From: Acaryochloris marina S15
Lineage (GTDB): Bacteria; Cyanobacteriota; Cyanobacteriia; Thermosynechococcales; Thermosynechococcaceae
Assembly: GCF_018336915.1 (NCBI RefSeq)
Contig: NZ_CP064923.1
Location: 2,070,001-2,102,000 of the forward strand
DNA length: 32,000 nucleotides
Direction of reading: 5' to 3'
The notes below the pieces were generated by a model, which did no database searches, was not told where the DNA came from, and saw only the letters and a program-made list of their open reading frames with translations. Both the position numbers and the translations under genes were made by a program. Shown piece after piece: positions 8,761-17,930 of this stretch. Position 1 is the first letter of the stretch. The number at the start of each line of letters is the position of its first letter.

Positions 8761-10233
8761 CTATGGAGACTGTAAAGCAGGAGCAGCCAACTCGGAAGCC
8801 AAAAAATCAGCCAGCCAATTTTTGATGTGATAGGTGGCTTGGCAATCATCCTCGTTATACTCAACAATCGTATCGAGGAAATCACGATTGCTAGTAGAGA
8901 GCCATTCGCTATACCAATAGATGGACTGCGCTCCATTTGCTTCGCTATTTCGCCATTGAAACCCTAGCCATCGAGCGATTAGTTTCAGGGTATAGCTTTC
9001 TACTGGGAGCACAACCGTGTGGGTCACATGGGCATGTAAGTCGATAAACCGCTCTAGTAAAGGCTGGATAATTGTATCGGGGCTACCATATAGGGCCGCT
9101 AAGCGCTCAACGGTTTGTACTTCGTAGGCACAAAAATGGTAAATCGGTGCATGGGGATAGGCCAGCACTAAATCTAAGAATTGCTGCCACACCTGCTCTT
9201 CCTGGTGAGGTTGATCGGCTAAAAGGGGATAAAAGGTTTCGGTCTGGTTTTCTCGATCTACAACCAGTACCCCATGTAGGTAGGCCAAATTAAGGCTGGG
9301 TTCTGCTTCGATATCGAAATAGAGTTCGATGGGAGCAGGGGAAATTTGGGCGGCTATTGCGCTTACCTCACTGGCAGCGAAAATCACAGGAGCTTGCTTG
9401 GCAAACGCCTGAGCCTGGCAAATCAGTTTGTTGGCAACCTCTCGACCAAATCCCGTGACCTCAGCTAATTGGGTGGGATTGGCAAACGCTAAGTCTTCCA
9501 CACTCGCTAAATTATGAGCTTGGAGAATGGGGTAGCGACTGGGGGTTACCCCTGGCAAAAGGGATAAATGTTGATCTTGTTGAGCAATTTGATAGCAATG
9601 GGGTAGCCATCCACACAAGCTGCATCGATTACTGACAATAAAAACTTCTGGTTCTTGTTGCGTCTGGATAATCTTGATGAGTTCAGGGAGTAATAAATCT
9701 AGCTTTGGCTGGTTGATCGTCAGGTTAACGGCATAGAGCCCTCGTTCCCGCAGATACAGATAAGACTCCTCTGGCCAGACCCCTTGTACACTCGCCAACA
9801 GGTGAGCATGGAATGTTGCCAAAATTTGATATTCCAACTTGGGACGCTTACTCAAGCGAATATCCGTTGGCACATATTGCCAATCTCCAAAGTTAGAGGT
9901 TCCCTCTATTTTAGTAAGGAGATCGGGAATGCTCTGATAGGCAACACCGTTGCCTTGATCCATCCATAGAACACCTCGCCGAATATAGGGAGTGCCAGCT
10001 TGCATTAGCGCTAACGTGGCTTGGGCTCCTGCTTGCCAGTCGTATCTGGGATAGTCAGGTTGGACCCAGGGTTGACGAGCAAAAAAGTTCTGTTGATGCT
10101 CAATGCGATCCTGCCGAAGTTTGTTTAGAAAGTCGCTGGGAGCAGATTTTTGAGTTTTGTCTTCAAAGACATCCAGATATGCTTGTCGATGACAACGTTG
10201 GTAACTCAGTAGTAATTGGGCGGTCAGCAGCAT
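8761..10233 (-). CDS. TM0106-family RecB-like putative nuclease: Cas4-like Fe-S nuclease, HhH region and C-terminal RNase-H-like exonuclease domain
   Basis: The 490-aa ORF has Cys14 (SYQRC) plus CSLCGWLPHC, giving the C-Xn-C-X2-C-X5-C pattern of Cas4/AddB-type nucleases. A helix-hairpin-helix-like stretch is present (LAEVTGFGREVANKL). The C-terminal part has LYFDIEAEP (DxE), IYHFCAYE and YNEDDCQATYHIKNWL, as in the YprB/RNase_H_2-type fold. Confidence 0.65.
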   Translation of the reverse strand: MLLTAQLLLSYQRCHRQAYLDVFEDKTQKSAPSDFLNKLRQDRIEHQQNFFARQPWVQPDYPRYDWQAGAQATLALMQAGTPYIRRGVLWMDQGNGVAYQSIPDLLTKIEGTSNFGDWQYVPTDIRLSKRPKLEYQILATFHAHLLASVQGVWPEESYLYLRERGLYAVNLTINQPKLDLLLPELIKIIQTQQEPEVFIVSNRCSLCGWLPHCYQIAQQDQHLSLLPGVTPSRYPILQAHNLASVEDLAFANPTQLAEVTGFGREVANKLICQAQAFAKQAPVIFAASEVSAIAAQISPAPIELYFDIEAEPSLNLAYLHGVLVVDRENQTETFYPLLADQPHQEEQVWQQFLDLVLAYPHAPIYHFCAYEVQTVERLAALYGSPDTIIQPLLERFIDLHAHVTHTVVLPVESYTLKLIARWLGFQWRNSEANGAQSIYWYSEWLSTSNRDFLDTIVEYNEDDCQATYHIKNWLADFLASELAAPALQSP

Positions 10234-10341
10234 GCAGACACAATAATGGTTTTCCCTGAAGGAATCTTAGCAAATCCTTCTGGTTGACCGGTAAATTCCC
10301 TTGACTGATATCGAGCAGCACAATAGGCTGAGAGCGATGTA

Positions 10342-11700
10342 ATGGATACCGATGTTGTCGTGGCTCAGGTTGTCTTTGAGGATGTCTATAAAAGTTTCCC
10401 GGCTCGTAAAGGCGATCGCACAGCCAATACCACGTCCGTTGAGCCCAGTTTAATATCAACAACACCGACCCAGACTACATCTGAGAGCGATACCAAAAAC
10501 GATACCGTTACCGTATTGCGCCGCATCAATTTTTCCGTTGACGATGGAGAGTTTATGGTGCTGGTGGGACCATCGGGATGCGGCAAAAGCACGCTCTTAC
10601 GACTGATTGCAGGTTTGGAGGACTTAACTGGGGGCAGTATCAGGATTGGCGATCGCAAAATCAATCACCTCCCCCCTAAAGCCCGAGACATTGCCATGGT
10701 ATTTCAGAGCTATGCCCTTTATCCCCATATGAGCGTCTACAACAATTTGGCCTTTGGCCTCCGTCGCACCCAATCTCAACGAGATCATAAACGGCGTTCT
10801 ATTTCTGCATCTCTCCGTAGAAAACTCGAATCTGGCTTGGTATCCGCCACCCGAATTCTACCCAAGTCCCTTAGATATCGTTCGAAACGAGAAAAATTAA
10901 TTGAGCAGACCGTTAATCAAGTCGCCGAAGTCTTACAAATTGAGACTTTATTAGATCGCCTACCCAAGCAACTCTCCGGGGGACAAAAGCAGCGGGTTGC
11001 CTTGGGGCGAGCCATGGCCCGTGAGCCCCAGGTTTTTTTGATGGATGAACCTCTGTCCAACCTGGATGCCAAGCTGCGAACTCAAACCCGAGCTCAGATC
11101 GTCAAGCTACAGCGACAGCTAGGAACGACAACGGTTTATGTCACCCATGACCAAACGGAAGCCATGACCATGGGGGATCGAATTGCGGTTATGAATGCCG
11201 GACAAATTCAGCAAATTGCCAGTCCTTTAGACCTGTATAACCAGCCGATCAACCGATTTGTGGCCCAGTTCATCGGTTCTCCCCCCATGAACTTTATCTC
11301 CGTTCATGTGAAGTCGCCTCGCAGCTTACAGCACACACAATTCACCCTCACCTTGCCAGAAGTATGGGAAACGGTTCTCCAAAACTATCAAGGCCGAACC
11401 CTCACCTTGGGGATTCGCCCAGAACATCTGGATTTGGCCTCTCCGAACTCTAGCAATATTCCCACCCAGGTCGAACTGGTTGAGGCATTAGGCCACGAGA
11501 CCTTTCTCTCTTTACAGTTGACTCAGAACCATCAAATGGCCCATTCACCTGCCCCATTGATTGCCCGCATTAATCCCTATCAACAAGTCAGCCTTGGCGA
11601 ACAGTTATGGTTCTCGATTCAACTGGACAAGATTCATTTGTTTGATGAACAGACCGAAGCGGCAATCCGCCCCAGCCATTCACCAGCCCCAATCCATTAA
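10342..11700 (+). CDS. ABC transporter ATP-binding protein, MalK/UgpC (sugar-type) family, with two insertions
   Basis: Motifs present are Walker A GPSGCGKST, Q-loop MVFQSYALYPHMSV, signature LSGGQKQRVALGRA, Walker B VFLMDEPLSNLD and H-loop VYVTHDQ. A C-terminal MalK-like regulatory/TOBE region is present (FIGSPPMNF). No permease or binding-protein gene is adjacent. Confidence 0.9.
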   Translation: MDTDVVVAQVVFEDVYKSFPARKGDRTANTTSVEPSLISTTPTQTTSESDTKNDTVTVLRRINFSVDDGEFMVLVGPSGCGKSTLLRLIAGLEDLTGGSIRIGDRKINHLPPKARDIAMVFQSYALYPHMSVYNNLAFGLRRTQSQRDHKRRSISASLRRKLESGLVSATRILPKSLRYRSKREKLIEQTVNQVAEVLQIETLLDRLPKQLSGGQKQRVALGRAMAREPQVFLMDEPLSNLDAKLRTQTRAQIVKLQRQLGTTTVYVTHDQTEAMTMGDRIAVMNAGQIQQIASPLDLYNQPINRFVAQFIGSPPMNFISVHVKSPRSLQHTQFTLTLPEVWETVLQNYQGRTLTLGIRPEHLDLASPNSSNIPTQVELVEALGHETFLSLQLTQNHQMAHSPAPLIARINPYQQVSLGEQLWFSIQLDKIHLFDEQTEAAIRPSHSPAPIH

Positions 11701-11951
11701 AAATGGCTCGTTTCCCATCTATCCTTTGTTTGACTCTGTGTGTTTTTATACGGAACTAGAAGCTGGGCTCCATTAAGTTACCTTCCAGCATCTTTAGTAA
11801 ACGATTTATACCTAAACAAAGCAGAAATACTGCTCGATCGGGCAACCTGCAAACCTGGGAACAATAAGCAAGAGAAGACAAGTTAAAAAATAGCCTATGT
11901 CAATAACCATTAACCAAGCTAGAATGTGTACTCACTCAGAAGGGTAATCCT

Positions 11952-12293
11952 GTGTTTGTCCGGTTAGCCAATCAACACCGTGAATTTGTTCGAGACTTAG
12001 TCATGAACCTTCAGGCCCTAGCCATTGTGCTAGAGCGCCGAGGATACGTGGCATCTTGCTATACCTGCGGTGGCCAAATGAACAGCGCCTCCTTCATGGT
12101 GAGTTTAGGAGAGAACCATCTAATTCGGTTTTTAGTGTCCGATTATGGAATCACCTGGACCGAAATGCGCGATGATCGCGAACTCATGAAGTTGGAAGGG
12201 GCTGAAGCCATTAGCCAACTGCAAGAATTAGCCAACTTAATCAAGTATGAACAGCCTGCTCAGAGTCCATCTTCTGTGCTGGCCGAGTCATAA
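11952..12293 (+). CDS. Hypothetical small protein, function unknown
   Basis: This is the only ORF in an otherwise empty 800-bp interval and it has a coding-like composition. It has a GTG start; an internal ATG (MNLQALAIVLERRGY...) about 16 codons downstream is an alternative. I recognise no motif. Confidence 0.45.
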   Translation: MFVRLANQHREFVRDLVMNLQALAIVLERRGYVASCYTCGGQMNSASFMVSLGENHLIRFLVSDYGITWTEMRDDRELMKLEGAEAISQLQELANLIKYEQPAQSPSSVLAES

Positions 12294-12494
12294 CCTTATT
12301 CACCCAATTAGCCAAATTTGTCCCCACCTTGGGCTGGTCTAAATAATGATTTAGTCCAAATTCGTTGGTGAAATGTTACGCTGTATACCTAGTTAGCAGG
12401 GGGTAAATTGTGTAGTCATCTTGAGGATTCAAGAATGGCTCAATGGCAAGCTGTCATGTTTCAATTACCACCCATTAAGGTTGCACTGTAACGT

Positions 12495-13388
12495 ATGACC
12501 ACTGAGAGTTCTGGCTGGCAACACCAGTTTATCCAAACTAATAAAATTCGGCTCCACTACGTCACCCAAGGTGAAGGCGATTTAGTTATTCTTCTCCATG
12601 GATTTCCTGAGTTTTGGTACTCTTGGCGATACCAACTCCCTGTCTTAGCCCGTCACTTCAAGGTTGTGGTTCCTGATCTACGGGGGTATAACGATTCTGA
12701 CAAACCTTCTAGCGGCTATGACATCGACACCCTCACCGAGGATATTGTTGGTCTCATTCAGAACTTAGGCTATCGCTGCGCTCATATTGTGGGCCATGAC
12801 ACCGGCGGTATGATTGCCTGGAATTTGGCTCAAAAATTCCCTCAATATTTACAGAACTTAGTTCTCCTGAATGCACCTCATCCCCAGCGATTATTCCGGG
12901 AGTTTTCTAGCAACCTCGATCAGCTGCGGCGGAGCTGGTATCTGTTGGCGTTTCAAATCCCTGGGTTGCCAGAATGGTTAATTCAATCAAACCTGCGCCA
13001 ATTCCTTCAGGACTGGTTTCAGAAACAAGCCATTCGTAAAGCAGCCTTCTCCTCCGAGACCTTAGGCATTTATCAGGCTGCTCTGGAAAAGCGGGGCGTC
13101 TTGTCTGCAGCGATTAACTATTATCGGCAGTTGCTATCTCCCCAAGACTGGTTATCCAACTCGGATGGCAAACTCTTGCCGATTCAAGTCCCTACTTTGG
13201 TGTTGTGGGGGGAAGATGACACAGTTTTGAGTCCGAAGTTAGCATTGGGTTTTGAGCGGTTTGTACAGGCCCCATTTCGCCTCAAATTCGTCCCCGAATG
13301 CGGCCATTGGATCCAGCAGGAAGTACCCAAAATTGTGAATCGAGAACTGTTAGATTTTCTACGTCAGAGCAAGCCAGCTTTTAGCTAA
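12495..13388 (+). CDS. Alpha/beta-fold hydrolase, epoxide hydrolase/haloalkane dehalogenase-like
   Basis: It has the oxyanion motif [13 protein letters not shown] and a nucleophile elbow GHDTGG with an Asp nucleophile, as in the epoxide hydrolase subfamily. The C-terminal catalytic His context is ECGHWIQQE. Confidence 0.85.
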   Translation: MTTESSGWQHQFIQTNKIRLHYVTQGEGDLVILLHGFPEFWYSWRYQLPVLARHFKVVVPDLRGYNDSDKPSSGYDIDTLTEDIVGLIQNLGYRCAHIVGHDTGGMIAWNLAQKFPQYLQNLVLLNAPHPQRLFREFSSNLDQLRRSWYLLAFQIPGLPEWLIQSNLRQFLQDWFQKQAIRKAAFSSETLGIYQAALEKRGVLSAAINYYRQLLSPQDWLSNSDGKLLPIQVPTLVLWGEDDTVLSPKLALGFERFVQAPFRLKFVPECGHWIQQEVPKIVNRELLDFLRQSKPAFS

Positions 13389-14499
13389 CCTTCATTCCTT
13401 TTAAGGCCCTGACGATCACCTGACCCGGCACCTGGTCCGTAATTTTGACCTCACTCAATTGAGTGGGCAAGATAAACCGGACTTTGCCATCTTTGACTTT
13501 TTTGTCCGTCAGCAGCACATCTGCCACGGATTCGATGGCAAAGTCAGCAGGTAGCTCAGTGGGTAATCCTGTTTTCTGAATCAGTTGATGCTGGCGTTGG
13601 GCGTCTTCAGCAGGCCACCAATCCAGCTGGACGGCGATATCGGCAGCAGCCACCATGCCCAAAGCAACGGCCTCACCGTGATTGAAGAGTCGGTAACCCG
13701 TTAGGCTTTCAATGGCATGGCCAATGGTATGGCCGTAGTTGAGGATGGCACGAAGCCCCGCTTCTTTCTCATCTTGGGTGACGACATCCGCTTTGGCTTG
13801 AGCGGACCGGGTGAGAATTTCCGTGAGGATTTCTGTGGGCATGTAGCGGTATTGATGGGTGCGATCGCAACTCTCCAACCGCTCAAATAGCTCCAAATCC
13901 CAAATCACGCCATATTTAATCACCTCAGCCATCCCCGCCCTAAATTCTCGACTGGCCAAAGTTGTTAAGGTATCGGGATCGATCAACACCAACCGGGGCT
14001 GATAGAAGGCACCAATCAAGTTCTTACCCTTAGGGTGATTGACGCCTGTTTTACCTCCAATTGAGGCATCCACCATTGCCAATAAACTGGTGGGAACTTG
14101 GACAAAGTTAATGCCGCGTAACCAAGTAGCCGCTGCAAAACCAGTCATATCGCCAATTACCCCTCCCCCAAGGGCGACTAGGGTGGAAGATCGTTCTAGT
14201 TTAAGGTCAAGGGCATAATCGTAAATCTTTTGAATAGAGCGAGGCGTTTTGTAGCGTTCGCCCGCTGGTAAGAGAAAATGCTCAACCTGGAAGCCTGCCT
14301 TGGCTAAAGAGTCTTGAACAATATCCCCGTAATGTTTCCAAATCTGAGGGTTAGAAACTATCAGGACCTTCTGTCCCAGCTTCACCGACTGCAGGGATCG
14401 ATCTTGGAGCCAGGGGCCTAGTTGGGTGAGGCCACCGGATGCGATCGCAATTTGATACGTCTGTTGCGGTAAAGGGACGGGAATAAATGTCTGCTGCAT
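13381..14499 (-). CDS. aroB: 3-dehydroquinate synthase
   Basis: The 372-aa ORF carries [58 protein letters not shown] and the metal-binding region [11 protein letters not shown]...HGEAVALGM. Confidence 0.93.
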   Translation of the reverse strand: MQQTFIPVPLPQQTYQIAIASGGLTQLGPWLQDRSLQSVKLGQKVLIVSNPQIWKHYGDIVQDSLAKAGFQVEHFLLPAGERYKTPRSIQKIYDYALDLKLERSSTLVALGGGVIGDMTGFAAATWLRGINFVQVPTSLLAMVDASIGGKTGVNHPKGKNLIGAFYQPRLVLIDPDTLTTLASREFRAGMAEVIKYGVIWDLELFERLESCDRTHQYRYMPTEILTEILTRSAQAKADVVTQDEKEAGLRAILNYGHTIGHAIESLTGYRLFNHGEAVALGMVAAADIAVQLDWWPAEDAQRQHQLIQKTGLPTELPADFAIESVADVLLTDKKVKDGKVRFILPTQLSEVKITDQVPGQVIVRALKGMKVS

Positions 14500-14800
14500 G
14501 CCACTCCTGGAACTCCTTTGCCAGTGTGCCTTACAGAAACACCTTCTGTCACTAGCAACTTTCAGAGGTAAATTTCATCTCCAATCTAAACGATTGCGGA
14601 TTGGACAGGTCAATTGATTTTGCAACTAACTATGAGATTGTTGAAAAGAATCCCAATCCATTAAATACTTATCAGAGAGTTAGGGTACCTTAACCAAGAA
14701 TAAGTATTGCCTAAGAGCAATATCTTTACTGATTCCACCGATTACCCGTATCGCATTCGAAGTCTGAGAGATTTTGCTAAAACTCCTTCTCCAAAAACTA

Positions 14801-16036
14801 ATGCACCGGCGACCTCCTCTCCACTTTCGCTCCAGAAAGGGAAATCTCTCTGCTGCAAGAACTCTGGTCAGAATCTTGGGGGTGATCTTGGGCATAAGCC
14901 TCGCGATATTTCTCTTCACCCGTGGCGGGTACCCGACCTTAGCCCAAAATTCGTCCGATCTAAATGATCTACAGGAGCGCCGAATACAAGTTGAACAACA
15001 GAAGTCGAAGGTCACAAAACAACGGCAGCAAATTGAGAATCTAGAAGGGGCAGCCAAAAGACGATTAGGCGGACTAGAGCGTAATATTCAGGTTACGGAA
15101 GGTCAAATCAAAGAGAACGAAGACAAGCTGCAGCAGGCTAACGAAAAGCTGCAGAAAATAGAAGCGGATTTGACCAAAGCTGAGACGGCCTATAAGGAGA
15201 AGCAGGGTAATACCATTGCTCGTCTCCGGGTGTTACAACGACAGCGAGACTCCAGCACTTGGATTGCTTTACTCCAGAGCAAATCCATAGAAGACTTATT
15301 AGATCGTCGCTATCAACTGCAACTCGTTTATAAATCCGATCGCACGTCGCTACTGGCCCTCAAAAATGAAAAAGAAAAGATTAACGACAAAAAGCTGTTA
15401 GCAGAAATCCAGAAAAACCAAATTTCCCTGTTATCAGAACAGCTCCTTTATCAAAAAGCCAATTTCAAAGCTCAGGCCTCCGTCCAAAATCAATTGGTAA
15501 CCCGGTTAAAAACTGATCGGCGAGCCTTACAGGCGGCTGAGCAACAATTATCCCAAGATGCCAACAATATTTCTAAGGTAATTGCCCAACGCATCGCTGA
15601 ACAACAAGTGGCTTTCCGCTCTAATACACCGGGCTATCAGCGTATTTTAGGGACGGGACAAATGGTTAGACCTGTAGTGGGTCCCATTACCAGTAATTTT
15701 GGCTATCGATCTCATCCAATTTTTGGAAGGGGACGATTTCATGCGGGAACAGACTTTGGCGCGCCAACCGGGGCACCCATTTTTGCCGCTGACAGCGGCA
15801 CCGTCATTGTGGCTGAATGGTATGGCGGCTATGGGAATGCGGTTATTATCGACCATGGCAACGGCTTAACCACCCTCTACGGCCACTGCAGTGAACTGTA
15901 TGTAACGGTAGGGCAAGGCGTACAGCGAGGCCAAACCGTCGCCGCCATCGGTTCAACGGGCTTATCTACTGGCCCCCACCTCCACTTTGAAGTCCGACAA
16001 CAGGGTGAACCCGTGGAGCCATTGGCCTATTTGTAG
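14801..16036 (+). CDS. M23-family metallopeptidase (murein endopeptidase, EnvC-like) with N-terminal membrane anchor and coiled coil
   Basis: A TM segment (ILGVILGISLAIFLF) is followed by a long Q/E/K-rich coiled coil. The C-terminal LytM domain carries HAGTDFGAPTGAPIFAADSGTV, HGNGLTTLYGH and GSTGLSTGPHLHFEVR. I prefer the ATG at 14801 to the in-frame TTG at 14774 used by the track. Confidence 0.88.
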   Translation: MHRRPPLHFRSRKGNLSAARTLVRILGVILGISLAIFLFTRGGYPTLAQNSSDLNDLQERRIQVEQQKSKVTKQRQQIENLEGAAKRRLGGLERNIQVTEGQIKENEDKLQQANEKLQKIEADLTKAETAYKEKQGNTIARLRVLQRQRDSSTWIALLQSKSIEDLLDRRYQLQLVYKSDRTSLLALKNEKEKINDKKLLAEIQKNQISLLSEQLLYQKANFKAQASVQNQLVTRLKTDRRALQAAEQQLSQDANNISKVIAQRIAEQQVAFRSNTPGYQRILGTGQMVRPVVGPITSNFGYRSHPIFGRGRFHAGTDFGAPTGAPIFAADSGTVIVAEWYGGYGNAVIIDHGNGLTTLYGHCSELYVTVGQGVQRGQTVAAIGSTGLSTGPHLHFEVRQQGEPVEPLAYL

Positions 16037-16039
16037 ACA

Positions 16040-17329
16040 CTACTCTGAGGAATTCAACCGCTCCTGCCATTCAGAATCAATGGCATCTGAACGCTCATAT
16101 TCCTGCTTTAGCAGGTCTTTTTCAGTGGTATAGGCCAGATTTTCTGATGAAACTACTGACTGGGCTGCAAAGGTCTGGGCATAACCCATTTTTTGTTGCA
16201 AAGCTGCATCCGGTCGAGACAGGGACACTGCACTAGCTTGGCGTTGCTGATTGCGCTCGTTGATTTTGCTATTTCGCATTTGCACCCAAAAGTAGCGAAG
16301 GAGAGGAATTCCCAAAAAACCGATACCATAGGCCACTAAGATGCCAAAAATAGAATAGACAAACCCCACTAAACCCCCTAGTTGAAGTGCAATGGTGCCA
16401 TCCTGCAACAAAGACCAGAGCACTGCTGCTCCGACTAAATTTAAACTTCCTAGGCCAATCGCTAATAAGATCTGTCCTGAACCCGCTTGACTAAATTTCC
16501 AAGCATATTCTTGTAGGTAAGTGGAACTAGACTGCTGTTGATGGGCCTTAGCCGTAGTTTGTAGGGTAGGAAAATGATAGATGATTTCGCCCTGGGGACT
16601 GACTTCGGGACGACCATCAAAATGGGTCAACACTGGAATGATATAGTCTTCGCTTTCTCGTTGACGATCAGACACTTCCAGATAGGGAGTGAGTTGCTCT
16701 CCAGTGACGGCCCCCCCCTTTGTGCGAATGACGGCCCCGATTTCTTGCCAGCGACGATCGTCTAAGTTGGCATTGGGGTTGCCATCCCCAAACAGAAACG
16801 AAAAGATGGCTTCCAGGAAGTTCATCTGATCGGGGTCTTTAGATTGACTGCGGACATGCTGTCGGTGGTAGCGAGGATTGGGATTAAAGAACCAGAACAA
16901 GTCAGGCGTAATCCAGAACCGGGGAATAAAACTGCCGGAACGACGATTATTTGAGCGATCGTCTTGGCTGTTCATGGCAATTAAGATGATTGCGATCGCA
17001 ACAAAGATCAGCACAATCGACAGCAACAGCACAATCCCGAATGAAATCCGAATCAGGTAGAAAATAGCAGGCCAAATCTTGTCCCACAGGGCCTGAAGAC
17101 GCAATCGCCAATATTTATTACGAAGAACTGAGCGAAAATTTTTGGGGAACAGATAGGCAATATCTCCAGCTTCTGAGACTTGAAGATTGCCAGAAACTTC
17201 AGATGCCAGGGCCAATAGCCCCCGCTCTGTATGATTAATATCTAGACCCGCCTGGGTAGCAACATCGCCAACGGTCACTCGATAGTTGAGTTGCTCAACA
17301 GCGGTCATTATCTTGGAATCTAGGGGCAT
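16040..17329 (-). CDS. Conserved-looking multi-pass membrane protein of unknown function
   Basis: The 429-aa ORF has a soluble N-terminal domain (VEQLNYRVTVGDVATQAGLDINHTERGLLALASE) and one long TM (IFYLIRISFGIVLLLSIVLIFVAIAIILIAM). A soluble middle domain follows, then 2-3 C-terminal TMs and a hydrophilic tail. The call rests on long ORF length and coding-like composition only. Confidence 0.65.
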   Translation of the reverse strand: MPLDSKIMTAVEQLNYRVTVGDVATQAGLDINHTERGLLALASEVSGNLQVSEAGDIAYLFPKNFRSVLRNKYWRLRLQALWDKIWPAIFYLIRISFGIVLLLSIVLIFVAIAIILIAMNSQDDRSNNRRSGSFIPRFWITPDLFWFFNPNPRYHRQHVRSQSKDPDQMNFLEAIFSFLFGDGNPNANLDDRRWQEIGAVIRTKGGAVTGEQLTPYLEVSDRQRESEDYIIPVLTHFDGRPEVSPQGEIIYHFPTLQTTAKAHQQQSSSTYLQEYAWKFSQAGSGQILLAIGLGSLNLVGAAVLWSLLQDGTIALQLGGLVGFVYSIFGILVAYGIGFLGIPLLRYFWVQMRNSKINERNQQRQASAVSLSRPDAALQQKMGYAQTFAAQSVVSSENLAYTTEKDLLKQEYERSDAIDSEWQERLNSSE

Positions 17330-17527
17330 GACCTACCTCATAAAGAAGCTGCCAACTGATGCAGCACGGATGGTTTTCTTCTCGACACCCTTCCTTCAGT
17401 ATAAGAAACCCTTTCTAGCCAAAAGGTACGGTTTGAGGTTCGGCTTCCCTGTATCGCAGTAGACAGCCACACCAGACTTATTGATAATAGTCTTGGACTT
17501 TAACCCCAGACCCAACAGACTTAACTT

Positions 17528-17785
17528 GTGTGTGCCCTTCCCCGAACCACTGCCCATGTCCGTATTACTCACCAATCCTGGCAACAGGGACAGATTGAAG
17601 GCGAAGTTGCTGCCAGCAATTATCTTTGGCAGTTTCAATGGTGCTTCCGACAAGGTGAGTTAAAGGTTACCCCTTCCCTAGGCCGAGCCTTGATTAAAGA
17701 GCCATTGGGCCGGTTCCTCGAACAGCAGGATTATCGATTAGAACCTGGTGGTGACTATTCTTTTACATTGCGCTGCAAAATTTAG
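17528..17785 (+). CDS. Small hypothetical protein, possibly a cyanobacterial DUF3146-type family
   Basis: The 85-aa ORF has a GTG start. The sequence VRITHQSWQQGQIEGEV...LEPGGDYSF resembles a small conserved cyanobacterial family from memory, which I have not verified. An overlapping ATG-started ORF in another frame (17481-17663) looks non-coding. Confidence 0.45.
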   Translation: MCALPRTTAHVRITHQSWQQGQIEGEVAASNYLWQFQWCFRQGELKVTPSLGRALIKEPLGRFLEQQDYRLEPGGDYSFTLRCKI

Positions 17786-17873
17786 GAATAGTCTCAAACA
17801 AACGGAATATTCCTATCAATGACGAGAGGCATGGTCGCATTTTTAGCCGACCTTGCAACCTGAGTACTCTAAT

Positions 17874-17896
17874 CTCAACCCCCTAAACAGGTTGAG
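17874..17896. terminator. Weak candidate bidirectional stem-loop between convergent genes
   Basis: CTCAACC (17874-17880) pairs with GGTTGAG (17890-17896) around a 9-nt loop. It lies in the 145-bp gap between the small + strand ORF and cupA. There is no U-tract on either strand. Confidence 0.25.
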
Positions 17897-17930
17897 GATG
17901 ACTTCAGTCTTAAAGGGATGAGAAAGAGGA

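Noticed and set aside
14680-15057. A 125-aa minus-strand ORF and an 86-aa + strand ORF (14707-14967) at the 5' end of the M23 peptidase gene
   Set aside because: They overlap the peptidase N-terminal anchor and coiled-coil frame. Their Cys/Arg-rich products look like nonsense, and the peptidase frame continues into an unmistakable LytM domain.
17396-17663. ORFs 17396-17653 (-) and 17481-17663 (+) near the small GTG-started ORF
   Set aside because: They overlap each other in a promoter-like gap and have no motifs. The + strand ATG ORF ends after 60 aa, whereas the alternative frame gives a more protein-like 85-aa product. I kept only the latter, at low confidence.
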